Source: Lachnospiraceae bacterium (GTDB lineage Bacteria > Bacillota > Clostridia > Lachnospirales > Lachnospiraceae). From it: a stretch of 64,000 nt of DNA. Positions 38,917 to 48,591 of this stretch are shown here, piece after piece. Both the position numbers and the translations under genes were made by a program. Every line of letters starts with the position of its first letter. The stretch's first letter is position 1. Location: NCBI GenBank assembly GCA_022799175.1, contig JAAWNY010000001.1:4999-68998 (forward strand). Direction: 5' to 3'. The notes beneath the pieces are model-generated. The model saw nothing but the letters and a program-made list of their open reading frames with translations, did not search any database and was not told the origin of the DNA.

Positions 38917-39930
38917 TTATTTTTTTGCCTTTTCAGCAAATTCTGTTGTGACCAGATCCTTATAGGGTACTCGTTTGGGCAGTTCTCCGGCTTCTTCCAG
39001 AATGTTTTGTAATAACTCAAAACTTTGTTCTTCAAAGATCGTATCTTCTTTCCAGGTATCCTGAGATTTGTAGCGTTCAACAATGGCAGTGATATTTCCC
39101 AGTGGAGTTTCTTTAAACTGGGGCTGGATGACTTTGGCGATTTCCTCGGCAGAATGAGAATTGACATAGTCCAGGCCCTTTTGGATAGCATTGGTGAATT
39201 TCTGGATAACCTCTGGATGAGCGGAGAGGTAGCTTTTTTTTGCGCTGTAGGCAGTGTAGGGGACATAGCCGGAGTCTGTGCCAAGAGAAGCAACGACATA
39301 ACCGCTGCCCTCCAATTCAAGTCCAGTTGCGAATGGTTCAAATTCGACAGTATAGTTTGAATCATCACTAGTAAAGGCAGCGGCGGTGAGACCAAAACTG
39401 ATACTTTGATCAATCGTCAGATCAAGTTTCGGATCGATGCCGTTTTTCTTTAAGATATATTCGAAAACCATCTGGGGCATACCGCCGGCTCTGCCTCCTA
39501 AGACCTTTGTTCCTTTTAATTTATCCCAATTAAAATTGGAATCTGGTTCACGACCCACCAGGAAGTTGCCGGCTCGCTGAGTCAGTTGTGCGAAGTTGAC
39601 AGCATAGTCTTCGGCGCCGCCGGCATAGGTATAGATACTGGCTTCTGAACCCATAAAACCGATATCGGCATCCCCGCTGACAAGGGCAGTCATGACTTTG
39701 TCTGCTCCGGCGCCATTGACTAAGGTGAGATCGATGCCCTCTTCTTCAAAATATCCCAGTTCAATCGCTACATATTGAGGAGCGTAAAAAATAGAGTGGG
39801 CTACTTCATTTAAAGTGACTGGCGTCAGAGTATTGTCAGAAGCTTTGGTTTGACAGGCGGTGAGGGAAGACGTAAGCAGGACTGCAATAAGAGGCAGAGC
39901 AGCCAGTTTTTGTATCGTTCTTTTTTTCAT
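38917..39930 (-). CDS. ABC substrate-binding lipoprotein, SsuA/NMT1-THI5 family
   Basis: Lipobox LTA|C; HSIFYAPQYVAIELGYFEEEGIDL motif. Confidence 0.88.
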   Translation of the reverse strand: MKKRTIQKLAALPLIAVLLTSSLTACQTKASDNTLTPVTLNEVAHSIFYAPQYVAIELGYFEEEGIDLTLVNGAGADKVMTALVSGDADIGFMGSEASIYTYAGGAEDYAVNFAQLTQRAGNFLVGREPDSNFNWDKLKGTKVLGGRAGGMPQMVFEYILKKNGIDPKLDLTIDQSISFGLTAAAFTSDDSNYTVEFEPFATGLELEGSGYVVASLGTDSGYVPYTAYSAKKSYLSAHPEVIQKFTNAIQKGLDYVNSHSAEEIAKVIQPQFKETPLGNITAIVERYKSQDTWKEDTIFEEQSFELLQNILEEAGELPKRVPYKDLVTTEFAEKAKK

Positions 39931-40194
39931 AATTCCTCCTGGATAATACGCATTAATACTACATGATATGCCTACCGGAGGAGAAATGTCTCTGTGGAAG
40001 CAGGTTTTCCTTGTTGGATCGGATGCAGCATGATGAAAATAAAAAACAACCAGTATTTGTGGAAATGCGAATGAAAAATTAGTGATTTAGTCGATTGCTT
40101 TTTTCAGATGGATGGAGTAAATTAGGTTACTGAAATTGAGTGAGTGAAAAGCAAAATTGCGCTTTGATTACTCCGGAAATAGTGAGGGATAAAT

Positions 40195-41718
40195 ATGGCA
40201 AATATTGCAGTAAAAGATATGACATCGGGTTCTCCAGCAAAGCTGATATTGGGGTTTTTTGTGCCTATGGTTTTTGGACTTTTATTTCAACAGCTTTATA
40301 ATATGGTGGATACGATTATTGTAGGAAATTATCTGGGCGTTCAGGCATTGGCATCTGTGGGTTCTACGGGTTCTATTAATTTTATGATCATTGGTTTTTG
40401 TATGGGAGTGTGCAATGGCTTTGCCATTCCCGTAGCACAGAAGTTTGGAGAAAAAAATTTTACGCAGCTTCGAAAGTTTGCGGCTAATGGAGCCTGGCTA
40501 GCGGTAGGTTTTGCGATAGTGATGACAACCGTGGTTTGTCTGTTGTGTCGCCGGATTTTGCTGTGGATGAATACGCCGGCGGATATCATCGATGGTGCTT
40601 ATGCTTATATTTTTGTGATTTTTTTGGGAATACCTGCGACGTATCTCTATAATATGGTATCGGGAATTCTCCGTTCTTTGGGAGATAGCCGTACTCCGCT
40701 GTATTTTCTGGTGATGTCTTCGCTGATGAATGTAGCGCTGGATTTGTTTACGATTGTGGTATTAAAAATGGGAGTGGCTGGGGCGGCCTGGGCAACGGTG
40801 ATTTCTCAGGCGGTTTCGGGTATTGCCTGTCTGGTGTTTATGGCAAAACAGTACGATGTGCTGAGAATGACCAAGGAGGAAGCAGCGCCAAACGGAAATA
40901 TTATGAAGATTTTGTGTGGAATCGGGATTCCTATGGGGCTGCAGTACTCGATCACGGCAATCGGCAGCATGGTGCTACAGGTGGCAGTCAATGGTTTGGG
41001 ATCTATGGCTGTGGCGGCGATGACAGCAGCGACAAAAATCAGCATGTTTTTTTGTTGTCCATTTGATGCATTAGGTTCCACAATGGCTACTTATGGGGGC
41101 CAGAATATCGGTGCCAAGCGTCTAGAGCGGTTGGGAGAAGGTATGAAGGCGGCGGTTTTGATGGGAATTGCTTATTCATTGCTGGCCTTGGCGGTGCTCT
41201 GCCAGTTTGGGGATCGGATTGCTTTGCTGTTTTTGGACGCGGATCAAGTGCAGATTCTGGGACAGGTGAAACAATATTTATTGACGAATGCGGTCTTTTA
41301 TATTCCCCTGGTATTAGTGAATGTGGTACGATTTATGATTCAGGGGATGGGATATTCTAAACGGGCAGTATTGGCCGGTGTGTGTGAAATGGCGGCGCGA
41401 GCCGGGGTGGGATTTTTGCTGGTGCCTTATTTTGGATATACGGCGGTCTGTTTTGCCAGTCCTTTTGCCTGGATTGCGGCGGATCTATTCCTGGTGCCAT
41501 CTTATCTGATGATTGTAAAACGGTTGTGGAAGGAGCAGGGAATGCCGGCGGCGCCTGTAGAGGGAAAACGAATGCAGGGGGATGGCATCGGCTTAAGATT
41601 TTTCGGTATGGACATTAGAAAAATGGGTATTCTAGAGATAGCCAGATCAGGAATCCACTGGCGATGGAAGGAATTTAGAGATGAAGAGAGTACCCAGACA
41701 CATAGGCATTATCCCTGA
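40195..41718 (+). CDS. MATE-family efflux transporter with an atypical C-terminal extension
   Basis: QQLYNMVDTIIVG and NVALDLF motifs; the tail overlaps the next gene by 38 bp. Confidence 0.88.
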   Translation: MANIAVKDMTSGSPAKLILGFFVPMVFGLLFQQLYNMVDTIIVGNYLGVQALASVGSTGSINFMIIGFCMGVCNGFAIPVAQKFGEKNFTQLRKFAANGAWLAVGFAIVMTTVVCLLCRRILLWMNTPADIIDGAYAYIFVIFLGIPATYLYNMVSGILRSLGDSRTPLYFLVMSSLMNVALDLFTIVVLKMGVAGAAWATVISQAVSGIACLVFMAKQYDVLRMTKEEAAPNGNIMKILCGIGIPMGLQYSITAIGSMVLQVAVNGLGSMAVAAMTAATKISMFFCCPFDALGSTMATYGGQNIGAKRLERLGEGMKAAVLMGIAYSLLALAVLCQFGDRIALLFLDADQVQILGQVKQYLLTNAVFYIPLVLVNVVRFMIQGMGYSKRAVLAGVCEMAARAGVGFLLVPYFGYTAVCFASPFAWIAADLFLVPSYLMIVKRLWKEQGMPAAPVEGKRMQGDGIGLRFFGMDIRKMGILEIARSGIHWRWKEFRDEESTQTHRHYP

Positions 41719-42307
41719 CGGTAATCGTCGATGGGCGAGTAAACAAGGAATGGCAAAAGAAGACGGCTATCATCACGGCATTTTACCAGGGATGGAACTG
41801 TATCATATCTGCAGAAATTTGGGGATACAGGAACTTACTTTTTATGGATTTACGGTAGATAATACGAAACGGCCATCCAAACAGAGAATTGCTTTCTCGG
41901 ATGCCTGTGTCAAGGCAGTAGAGTTGCTCTCAAAGGAGAATGCAGAACTATTAGTTCTGGGAAATACAAAATCGGCAATGTTTCCCAAGGAGCTATTACC
42001 CTACACAAGCAGGCACATCTTTGGAGAGGGTGGAATCAAGATTAATTTTCTTGTTAATTATAGTTATCAATGGGATCTAGGTTTTCACAATGGAAGATTT
42101 GGTCCGACTATGGGATCTTGTGATGTCTCAAGGGTAGATCTGGTGATTCGATGGGGTGGGAGAAGGCGGCTGTCTGGTTTTTTGCCAGTGCAGTCGGTGT
42201 ATGCGGATATTTATGTGATTGAAGATAACTGGCCAGATTTTACCCCACAGCATATTTATCAGGCGCTTTCGTGGTACGAGAAGCAGGATGTTACTTTAGG
42301 GGGATGA
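41681..42307 (+). CDS. Short cis-prenyltransferase (UppS-family paralogue)
   Basis: HIGIIPDGNRRWA, YGFTVDNTKR and DLVIRWGGRRRLSGFL motifs. Confidence 0.85.
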   Translation: MKRVPRHIGIIPDGNRRWASKQGMAKEDGYHHGILPGMELYHICRNLGIQELTFYGFTVDNTKRPSKQRIAFSDACVKAVELLSKENAELLVLGNTKSAMFPKELLPYTSRHIFGEGGIKINFLVNYSYQWDLGFHNGRFGPTMGSCDVSRVDLVIRWGGRRRLSGFLPVQSVYADIYVIEDNWPDFTPQHIYQALSWYEKQDVTLGG

Positions 42308-42440
42308 GTGAATTGACAAAAGACGGCATCCATAGTAGAATGATGTAGAGCGAAGAAGCCTGAAACCTTGATGGGGCTTCTTTTTGTGGTATAATTTCCG
42401 CGATAAGGCTTTTATTTTAACAAAAAGAGAGGAAAGAATT

Positions 42441-43346
42441 ATGAAAAAAACAGTAAGGCAATTGGCAGCAATGGTAATGGCAGCAGTGACGATGTTTTCT
42501 TTGAGTGCCTGTCAAGGGAGCAGCACACCGGAGACGACAGCCGCTGCTGGCAATGATGTTCAGACAGAAGCAACGGGTACGGAAGAATCTGGAGAGAAGA
42601 AAGTGTTGCGGGTGGCTATGGAATGCGCATATGCCCCTTATAACTGGAGTCAGCCGGATGATGCCAACGGTGCGGTTCCGATTGCAGAGAGTAATGAATT
42701 TGCTTATGGATATGATGTGATGATGGCCAAAAAGATCTGTGAAGAATTGGATTATGATTTGCAGATTGTTCGTCTGGACTGGGATTCTTTGATTCCGGCT
42801 CTGCAGAGCGGCCAGGCAGATTGTGTGATTGCCGGTCAGTCTATCACTACGGAGCGTCTGCAGGCAGTGGATTTCAGTGAGCCTTATTATTATGCTTCTA
42901 TTGTTACCTTGGTGAAAAAAGGCAGCAAATATGAGAACGCCAAGAGTGTGGCAGATTTGGCGGGGGCTACCTGTACTTCCCAGCAGAGTACGATTTGGTA
43001 TCAGAATTGCCTGCCGCAGATTGAGAATGCCAATATTCTGGCGGCAACAGCCAGTGCACCGGATATGTTAATGTCCTTGAATGCGGACAAATGCGATCTG
43101 GTGGTTACGGACCAGCCTACTGGTAAGGGAGCTCTGGTTGCCTATCCCAATTTTGTGATGTTGGAATTTGGCGGCAAAGAAGGCGATTTTCAGGTGACAG
43201 ATGAAGACATCAATATTGGTATTTCCATCAAGAAAGGTAATACGGAGTTGAAGACGGCCATTGACAGTGTATTGAGTAAGATGACGAAGGAAGATTTTTC
43301 GAACATGATGGATGAGGCGATTTCTGTTCAGCCGCTGGCAAATTAG
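42441..43346 (+). CDS. Polar amino acid ABC transporter substrate-binding lipoprotein
   Basis: Lipobox LSA|C; LRVAMECAYAPYNW, GYDV and WDSLIPALQSG motifs. Confidence 0.9.
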   Translation: MKKTVRQLAAMVMAAVTMFSLSACQGSSTPETTAAAGNDVQTEATGTEESGEKKVLRVAMECAYAPYNWSQPDDANGAVPIAESNEFAYGYDVMMAKKICEELDYDLQIVRLDWDSLIPALQSGQADCVIAGQSITTERLQAVDFSEPYYYASIVTLVKKGSKYENAKSVADLAGATCTSQQSTIWYQNCLPQIENANILAATASAPDMLMSLNADKCDLVVTDQPTGKGALVAYPNFVMLEFGGKEGDFQVTDEDINIGISIKKGNTELKTAIDSVLSKMTKEDFSNMMDEAISVQPLAN

Positions 43347-43373
43347 GAAAGACAATACTAAGGAGAGAGGGAT

Positions 43374-44168
43374 ATGCCAACAGATTTTCTGGGCCGCGTG
43401 ATGGCGGTATTTGATCGCTATGGAATGTCAATGTTACAAGGAGCAGGTGTCAGCCTGCAGATTGCGTTGGTGGGTACAGGGATCGGATGTATCATTGGTT
43501 TTGCTGTGGGAATCGTACAGACGATTCCCACAGAACAAAAAGACAACCCGGTAAAAAAGAGCGGCTTGTGGCTGATCAAGTTGGTGCTTAACGCTTATGT
43601 AGAAGTTTTCCGGGGCACCCCCATGATGGCGCAAGCAATGTTTATTTATTATGGTCTTTTTCCGTTGATGGGATTCAATCCTTCCATGCGGCAGGCGGCG
43701 TATTTTATTCTGTCCATCAATACGGGTGCTTATATGGCAGAGACGGTTCGGGGCGGAATCCTTTCGATTGATTCCGGTCAGACCGAGGGTGCCAAGGCCA
43801 TTGGTATGACGCATGTACAGCTTATGTTGTATGTGATTTTGCCTCAGGCATTGCGAAATATTATGCCACAGATTGGCAACAACCTGATTATCAATATTAA
43901 GGACAGCTGTGTGCTTTCAGTGATTGGCGTGGCGGAATTGCTTTATAAGACAAAGGCAGCCGCCGGTGCTCTTTATATGAACTTTGAAACTTATACCATC
44001 ACGATGATTGTCTATTTTATTATGACCTTTACCTGTTCCCGTGTCCTGCGCTGGATGGAGAACCGGATGGATGGATCGGATAATTACGATTTGGCTACTA
44101 CAGATACCCTGGCGCATACCAGCGGAATGTACAAATACCCTGATGAAAAGAAGGAGGCGAAAGGATGA
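43374..44168 (+). CDS. Amino acid ABC transporter permease
   Basis: [20 protein letters not shown] and [11 protein letters not shown] (EAA loop) motifs. Confidence 0.93.
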   Translation: MPTDFLGRVMAVFDRYGMSMLQGAGVSLQIALVGTGIGCIIGFAVGIVQTIPTEQKDNPVKKSGLWLIKLVLNAYVEVFRGTPMMAQAMFIYYGLFPLMGFNPSMRQAAYFILSINTGAYMAETVRGGILSIDSGQTEGAKAIGMTHVQLMLYVILPQALRNIMPQIGNNLIINIKDSCVLSVIGVAELLYKTKAAAGALYMNFETYTITMIVYFIMTFTCSRVLRWMENRMDGSDNYDLATTDTLAHTSGMYKYPDEKKEAKG

Positions 44169-44911
44169 CTGAGAACGGACATGTATTGGAAGTGCGTCAT
44201 TTGAGTAAAGCCTTTGGAAAGCATGTGGTGTTGCGGGATATTGATTTTCAGGTGGATACCGGAGATGTGACCTGTATCATCGGCGCTTCCGGTTCCGGGA
44301 AATCTACGCTTTTACGGTGCATTAATATGTTGGAGACGCCTACCACAGGAGAGATTTTGTACCATGAGAAGGATATTACAGATCATGGTGTTAATGTGCC
44401 GGCTTACCGTTCCCGGGTGGGAATGGTATTTCAGAGCTTTAATCTGTTCAATAATATGACAGTGCTGGAAAATTGTATGATCGGACAGACAAAAGTTCTG
44501 AAAAAGGGAAAAGAAGAAGCAAAGAAGAATGCTATGCGTTATCTGGAAAAGGTTGGTATGGCGCCTTATATCAACGCCAAACCGCGGCAAATTTCTGGCG
44601 GACAGAAGCAGCGGGTGGCGATTGCCCGGGCACTGGCGATGGAACCAGAAGTGCTGTTATTTGATGAGCCGACCTCAGCCCTGGATCCGCAGATGGTGGG
44701 AGAAGTGCTGGCAGTTATGCGGACTCTGGCCAAAGAAGGAATTACTATGATCATTGTGACACATGAGATGGCATTTGCCCGGGATGTATCCAGCCATGTA
44801 GTATTTATGGCAGATGGAGTGATCGAAGAAGAAGGGAGTCCGGAGGATATCTTTGGAAGTCCGAAGAAGGCAAAAACTCAGGAATTTTTGAGCCGGTTTA
44901 TTCAGGGATAG
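44165..44911 (+). CDS. Amino acid ABC transporter ATP-binding protein
   Basis: [17 protein letters not shown] and [10 protein letters not shown] motifs. Confidence 0.95.
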   Translation: MTENGHVLEVRHLSKAFGKHVVLRDIDFQVDTGDVTCIIGASGSGKSTLLRCINMLETPTTGEILYHEKDITDHGVNVPAYRSRVGMVFQSFNLFNNMTVLENCMIGQTKVLKKGKEEAKKNAMRYLEKVGMAPYINAKPRQISGGQKQRVAIARALAMEPEVLLFDEPTSALDPQMVGEVLAVMRTLAKEGITMIIVTHEMAFARDVSSHVVFMADGVIEEEGSPEDIFGSPKKAKTQEFLSRFIQG

Positions 44912-45039
44912 AGTTTTTCGGAGTTCATGCTGGCGAAGAATACCAACAGAGAACATAGAAGGATACGAATGTTTGTGAAAATTAGGTATTGCAATCAAAA
45001 TATGTGTATGCTAATATAATACCAATTTAGTGCGGCAAA

Positions 45040-45356
45040 GCATGAAAAAGGCAGAGAAGGAGACTCTTGCTCAGGGACTTCGACAGGAAGATAGCGTCAC
45101 CGACTGAGAGCGCTGTCAGGTTGGACCAGGCAGATAGGGAACACTCCGGAGCTGGTATTTCGAACCGTCATATTTTTCATTGATGACGATGGAACATAAG
45201 TAGGGATATCCGAATGACACTCGTTACGTGTCGAGAGTGGAGCAGCGGTCTTTGCAGAAGGCCGGTCTCAAGGCGGGTGGTACCGCGGAGCGTGTTCTTT
45301 TGAGAATCATGTCCCGTCCCGGAATATGTAACAGTATTTCGGGGCGGTTTTTTGTT
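45040..45356 (+). ncRNA. T-box riboswitch with Asn (AAC) specifier
   Basis: Stem I with AGGAAG and GACUGAGAG elements; specifier loop GGGAACA-CUCC; T-box AAGGCGGGTGGTACCGCG at 45270-45287; terminator with T-run; promoter TTGCAA-17-TAATAT at 44989-45017. Confidence 0.92.
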
Positions 45357-45406
45357 GTGTTTCCAGAAAAATGCTAATGGCATCGAGTGGTAGAAAGGAG
45401 CAGGTA

Positions 45407-46738
45407 ATGGAATTCTTGACAGGTGTGAAAGAAAAAGAAACTCTGGGAATCGAGGAGATTCTAAAGGGAGGCTATGAAGGAAAAAAGGTAAAAATTCATG
45501 GAGCGGTGCACAATATTCGGGATATGGGAGAGGTAGCGTTTGTGATTCTGCGCAGGCGTGAAGGGCTGCTGCAATGTGTATATGAGGAGGGAAAAACAAA
45601 CGTTTCTTTGAAGGATCTGAAGGAGGAGTCAGCAGTAGAGGTGAGCGGTGTGGTGGCCAGGGAAGAGCGGGCGCCGCAGGGATTTGAATTACGACTGTTG
45701 GAGATCCGGATATTATCGGAACCGGCGGAGATCCTTCCTTTAGCCATCAACAAGTGGAAAATGAGTACTTCTCTGGAAACGAAGCTGGCTTTGCGTCCGA
45801 TTTCTTTGCGCAATGTGCGGGAACGGGCAAAGTTTAAGATTCAAGAGGGAATCGTAAGAGGATTTCGGGAATTTTTGTTTGGTCAGGGTTTTACAGAAAT
45901 TCGCACCCCGAAAATCGTGTCTCGGGGGGCGGAAGGCGGAGCAAATGTGTTTAAGTTGAATTATTTTAACAAGCGGGCGGAGTTGGGACAAAGTCCTCAG
46001 TTTTATAAACAGATGATGGTGGGGGTATATGACAGGGTATTTGAGGCGGCGCCGGTGTTCCGGGCAGAAAAGCATAACACTACCCGCCATTTGAATGAAT
46101 ATATCAGCCTGGATTTTGAGATGGGATATATCGATGGTTTTGAAGATGTAATGGCCATGGAAACTGGTTTTCTACAGTATACGATGGAGCTCTTAAAGCG
46201 GGAATATCAGAAAGAGCTGAAGATACTGGGGGTGACATTGCCCGTCATTGACCAGATTCCCCAGGTGCGTTTTGATGAAGCCAAGGAGTTGGTTTCTGAG
46301 AAATATAATCGTAAAATCCGCAATCCGTTTGATTTAGAACCGGAGGAGGAAATGCTGATTGGTCGTTACTTTAAGGAAGAATATGACAGTGATTTTGTGT
46401 TTGTCACTCATTATCCCTCCAAAAAACGTCCTTTTTATGCGATGGAGGATCCCAAAGACAGTCGTTTTACCCTGAGTTTTGATCTGCTTTATAAAGGTTT
46501 AGAAATTACCACAGGTGGACAGCGCATTCATAATTATGAAACTATTTTGGAGAAAATGGCCAGACGGGGCATGGATCCGGAAGATATCCGGGATTATCTG
46601 ATGATTTTTAAGTATGGGATGCCTCCTCATGGCGGTTTGGGGATTGGACTGGAGCGGTTGACTATGCGCCTTTTGGATGAACAGAATGTACGGGAGGCTG
46701 CTATGTTTCCACGCGATGTGACCAGATTGGAGCCTTAA
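45407..46738 (+). CDS. aspS: Non-discriminating (archaeal-type) aspartyl-tRNA synthetase AspS2
   Basis: About 443 aa without a GAD insertion; [12 protein letters not shown] and GLERL motifs; His and Pro at the anticodon-loop positions (HGAVH, RAPQG); upstream of gatCAB. Confidence 0.92.
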   Translation: MEFLTGVKEKETLGIEEILKGGYEGKKVKIHGAVHNIRDMGEVAFVILRRREGLLQCVYEEGKTNVSLKDLKEESAVEVSGVVAREERAPQGFELRLLEIRILSEPAEILPLAINKWKMSTSLETKLALRPISLRNVRERAKFKIQEGIVRGFREFLFGQGFTEIRTPKIVSRGAEGGANVFKLNYFNKRAELGQSPQFYKQMMVGVYDRVFEAAPVFRAEKHNTTRHLNEYISLDFEMGYIDGFEDVMAMETGFLQYTMELLKREYQKELKILGVTLPVIDQIPQVRFDEAKELVSEKYNRKIRNPFDLEPEEEMLIGRYFKEEYDSDFVFVTHYPSKKRPFYAMEDPKDSRFTLSFDLLYKGLEITTGGQRIHNYETILEKMARRGMDPEDIRDYLMIFKYGMPPHGGLGIGLERLTMRLLDEQNVREAAMFPRDVTRLEP

Positions 46739-46776
46739 CGCGGGCCAGTAAGTACGTATATGGAAAGGAGAGCAAA

Positions 46777-47070
46777 ATGGCAAACGCGATCAGCGATGAG
46801 ATGATAGAATATGTAGGTATTCTGGCGAAATTGGAGCTTTCTGAGGAAGAAAAGGAAGCAGCCAAGAAAGACATGGGTAGGATGCTAGACTATATTGATA
46901 AATTGAATGAGTTGGATACTAGTGGTGTGGAACCTATGTCCCATATATTTCCGGTAAATAATGTCTTTCGGGAGGATGTGGTGACGAATGGAGATGACAG
47001 AGAAAACATTCTGGGGAATGCACCGCGACAGAAGGATGGAGCCTTCCAGGTGCCAAAGACAGTAGAGTGA
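46777..47070 (+). CDS. gatC: Asp/Glu-tRNA amidotransferase subunit C
   Basis: [10 protein letters not shown]...[12 protein letters not shown]...FREDV...FQVPK pattern. Confidence 0.96.
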   Translation: MANAISDEMIEYVGILAKLELSEEEKEAAKKDMGRMLDYIDKLNELDTSGVEPMSHIFPVNNVFREDVVTNGDDRENILGNAPRQKDGAFQVPKTVE

Positions 47071-47105
47071 CAGGAAAATGGATGAGACAGAGAGGAGCGA
47101 AGAAG

Positions 47106-48590
47106 ATGAGTATCCTGGAATTGACTGCCATGGAACTGGGCAGAAAGATCAAAAAAAGAGAGATTGGCGTCGTGGAAGCTACTGAGGCAGCACTGGCTCA
47201 GATCAAAACCCTGGAAACCGAGCTGAATTGCTATGTGACGGTGGACGAAGAAGGGGCGCGCAGGCAGGCAGCCAAGGTGCAGGATAAAATAGATGGAGGC
47301 ATGCTGACAGGACCTTTGGCAGGAGTGCCGATGGCAGTGAAGGACAATATATGCTTAGAAGGGCGGCCAACTACCTGCAGCTCCAAAATTTTGAAAAATT
47401 TTGTGCCGGCTTATACGGCGGAGGCTGTAGAGAAGCTGATTCAGGCTGGAGCCGTAATTTTGGGAAAAACCAATATGGATGAATTTGCTATGGGAAGTAC
47501 GACAGAGACTTCTGCTTTTGGAGAGACGAAGAACCCCTGGAATCTGGCACATGTGCCAGGTGGCTCTTCTGGTGGTTCTTGTGCAGCAGTGGCCTCTGGG
47601 GAATGCTTTTATGCGTTGGGATCAGATACGGGTGGTTCGATTCGTCAGCCTAGTTCTTTTTGCGGAGTAACAGGAATCAAGCCAACTTATGGCACGGTTT
47701 CCCGATATGGTTTGATTGCCTATGGCTCGTCCCTGGATCAGATCGGGCCGGTGGCTCGCAGTGTGGCCGATTGTGCGGCAATTTTAGAAGTAATTGCTTC
47801 TTATGATAAAAAAGACAGTACCTCAATCCGACGGGAAGATTGTGATTTTACCAGTGCGTTGACAGCGGATGTAAGTGGATTGCGGATCGGGATTCCTCGA
47901 GATTATTTGGGTGAAGGACTGGACGAAGAAGTAAAAACGGCAGTATTGGCGGCGGCTAGGGAATTGCAAGATAAAGGAGCCATAGTGGAGGAGTTTGACC
48001 TGAGTCTGGTGGAATATGCCATTCCGGCTTATTATGTAATCGCTTCCGCCGAAGCAAGCTCCAATTTATCTCGATTTGATGGGGTCAAATATGGTTATCG
48101 ATCCCCCAATTATGAGGGATTGCATGATATGTATAAAAAGAGTCGTTCCGAAGGATTGGGAGCGGAGGTAAAGCGTCGGATTATGTTGGGTTCCTTTGTG
48201 CTCAGCAGCGGTTATTATGACGCCTACTATCTGAAGGCGCTTCGCACAAAGGCGTTGATTAAGCAGGCATTTGACAAGGCGTTTAAACAGTATGACGTGA
48301 TTCTTGGTCCGACAGCGCCATCTACAGCGCCAAGACTGGGAGAATCGCTAAAAGATCCGCTAAAAATGTATTTGGGCGACATTTATACGATTGCTGTCAA
48401 TTTGGCTGGATTGCCGGGAATGACGGTACCATGTGGTCGAGATTCCAGCGGATTGCCGATTGGATTGCAGCTGATTGGTGATTGCTTTAAGGAGAAAAAT
48501 ATTATTCGGGCAGGCTATGCTTATGAGTGCGGCCGCAAATATGAGATGCCTAAGCTGGCCAAGAAAGCAGCAAAACAGGAGGTGAGGTAA
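47106..48590 (+). CDS. gatA: Asp/Glu-tRNA amidotransferase subunit A
   Basis: KDN, GKTNMDEFAMGS, GGSSGGS and GSDTGGSIRQP amidase signature. Confidence 0.97.
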   Translation: MSILELTAMELGRKIKKREIGVVEATEAALAQIKTLETELNCYVTVDEEGARRQAAKVQDKIDGGMLTGPLAGVPMAVKDNICLEGRPTTCSSKILKNFVPAYTAEAVEKLIQAGAVILGKTNMDEFAMGSTTETSAFGETKNPWNLAHVPGGSSGGSCAAVASGECFYALGSDTGGSIRQPSSFCGVTGIKPTYGTVSRYGLIAYGSSLDQIGPVARSVADCAAILEVIASYDKKDSTSIRREDCDFTSALTADVSGLRIGIPRDYLGEGLDEEVKTAVLAAARELQDKGAIVEEFDLSLVEYAIPAYYVIASAEASSNLSRFDGVKYGYRSPNYEGLHDMYKKSRSEGLGAEVKRRIMLGSFVLSSGYYDAYYLKALRTKALIKQAFDKAFKQYDVILGPTAPSTAPRLGESLKDPLKMYLGDIYTIAVNLAGLPGMTVPCGRDSSGLPIGLQLIGDCFKEKNIIRAGYAYECGRKYEMPKLAKKAAKQEVR

Positions 48591-48591
48591 T

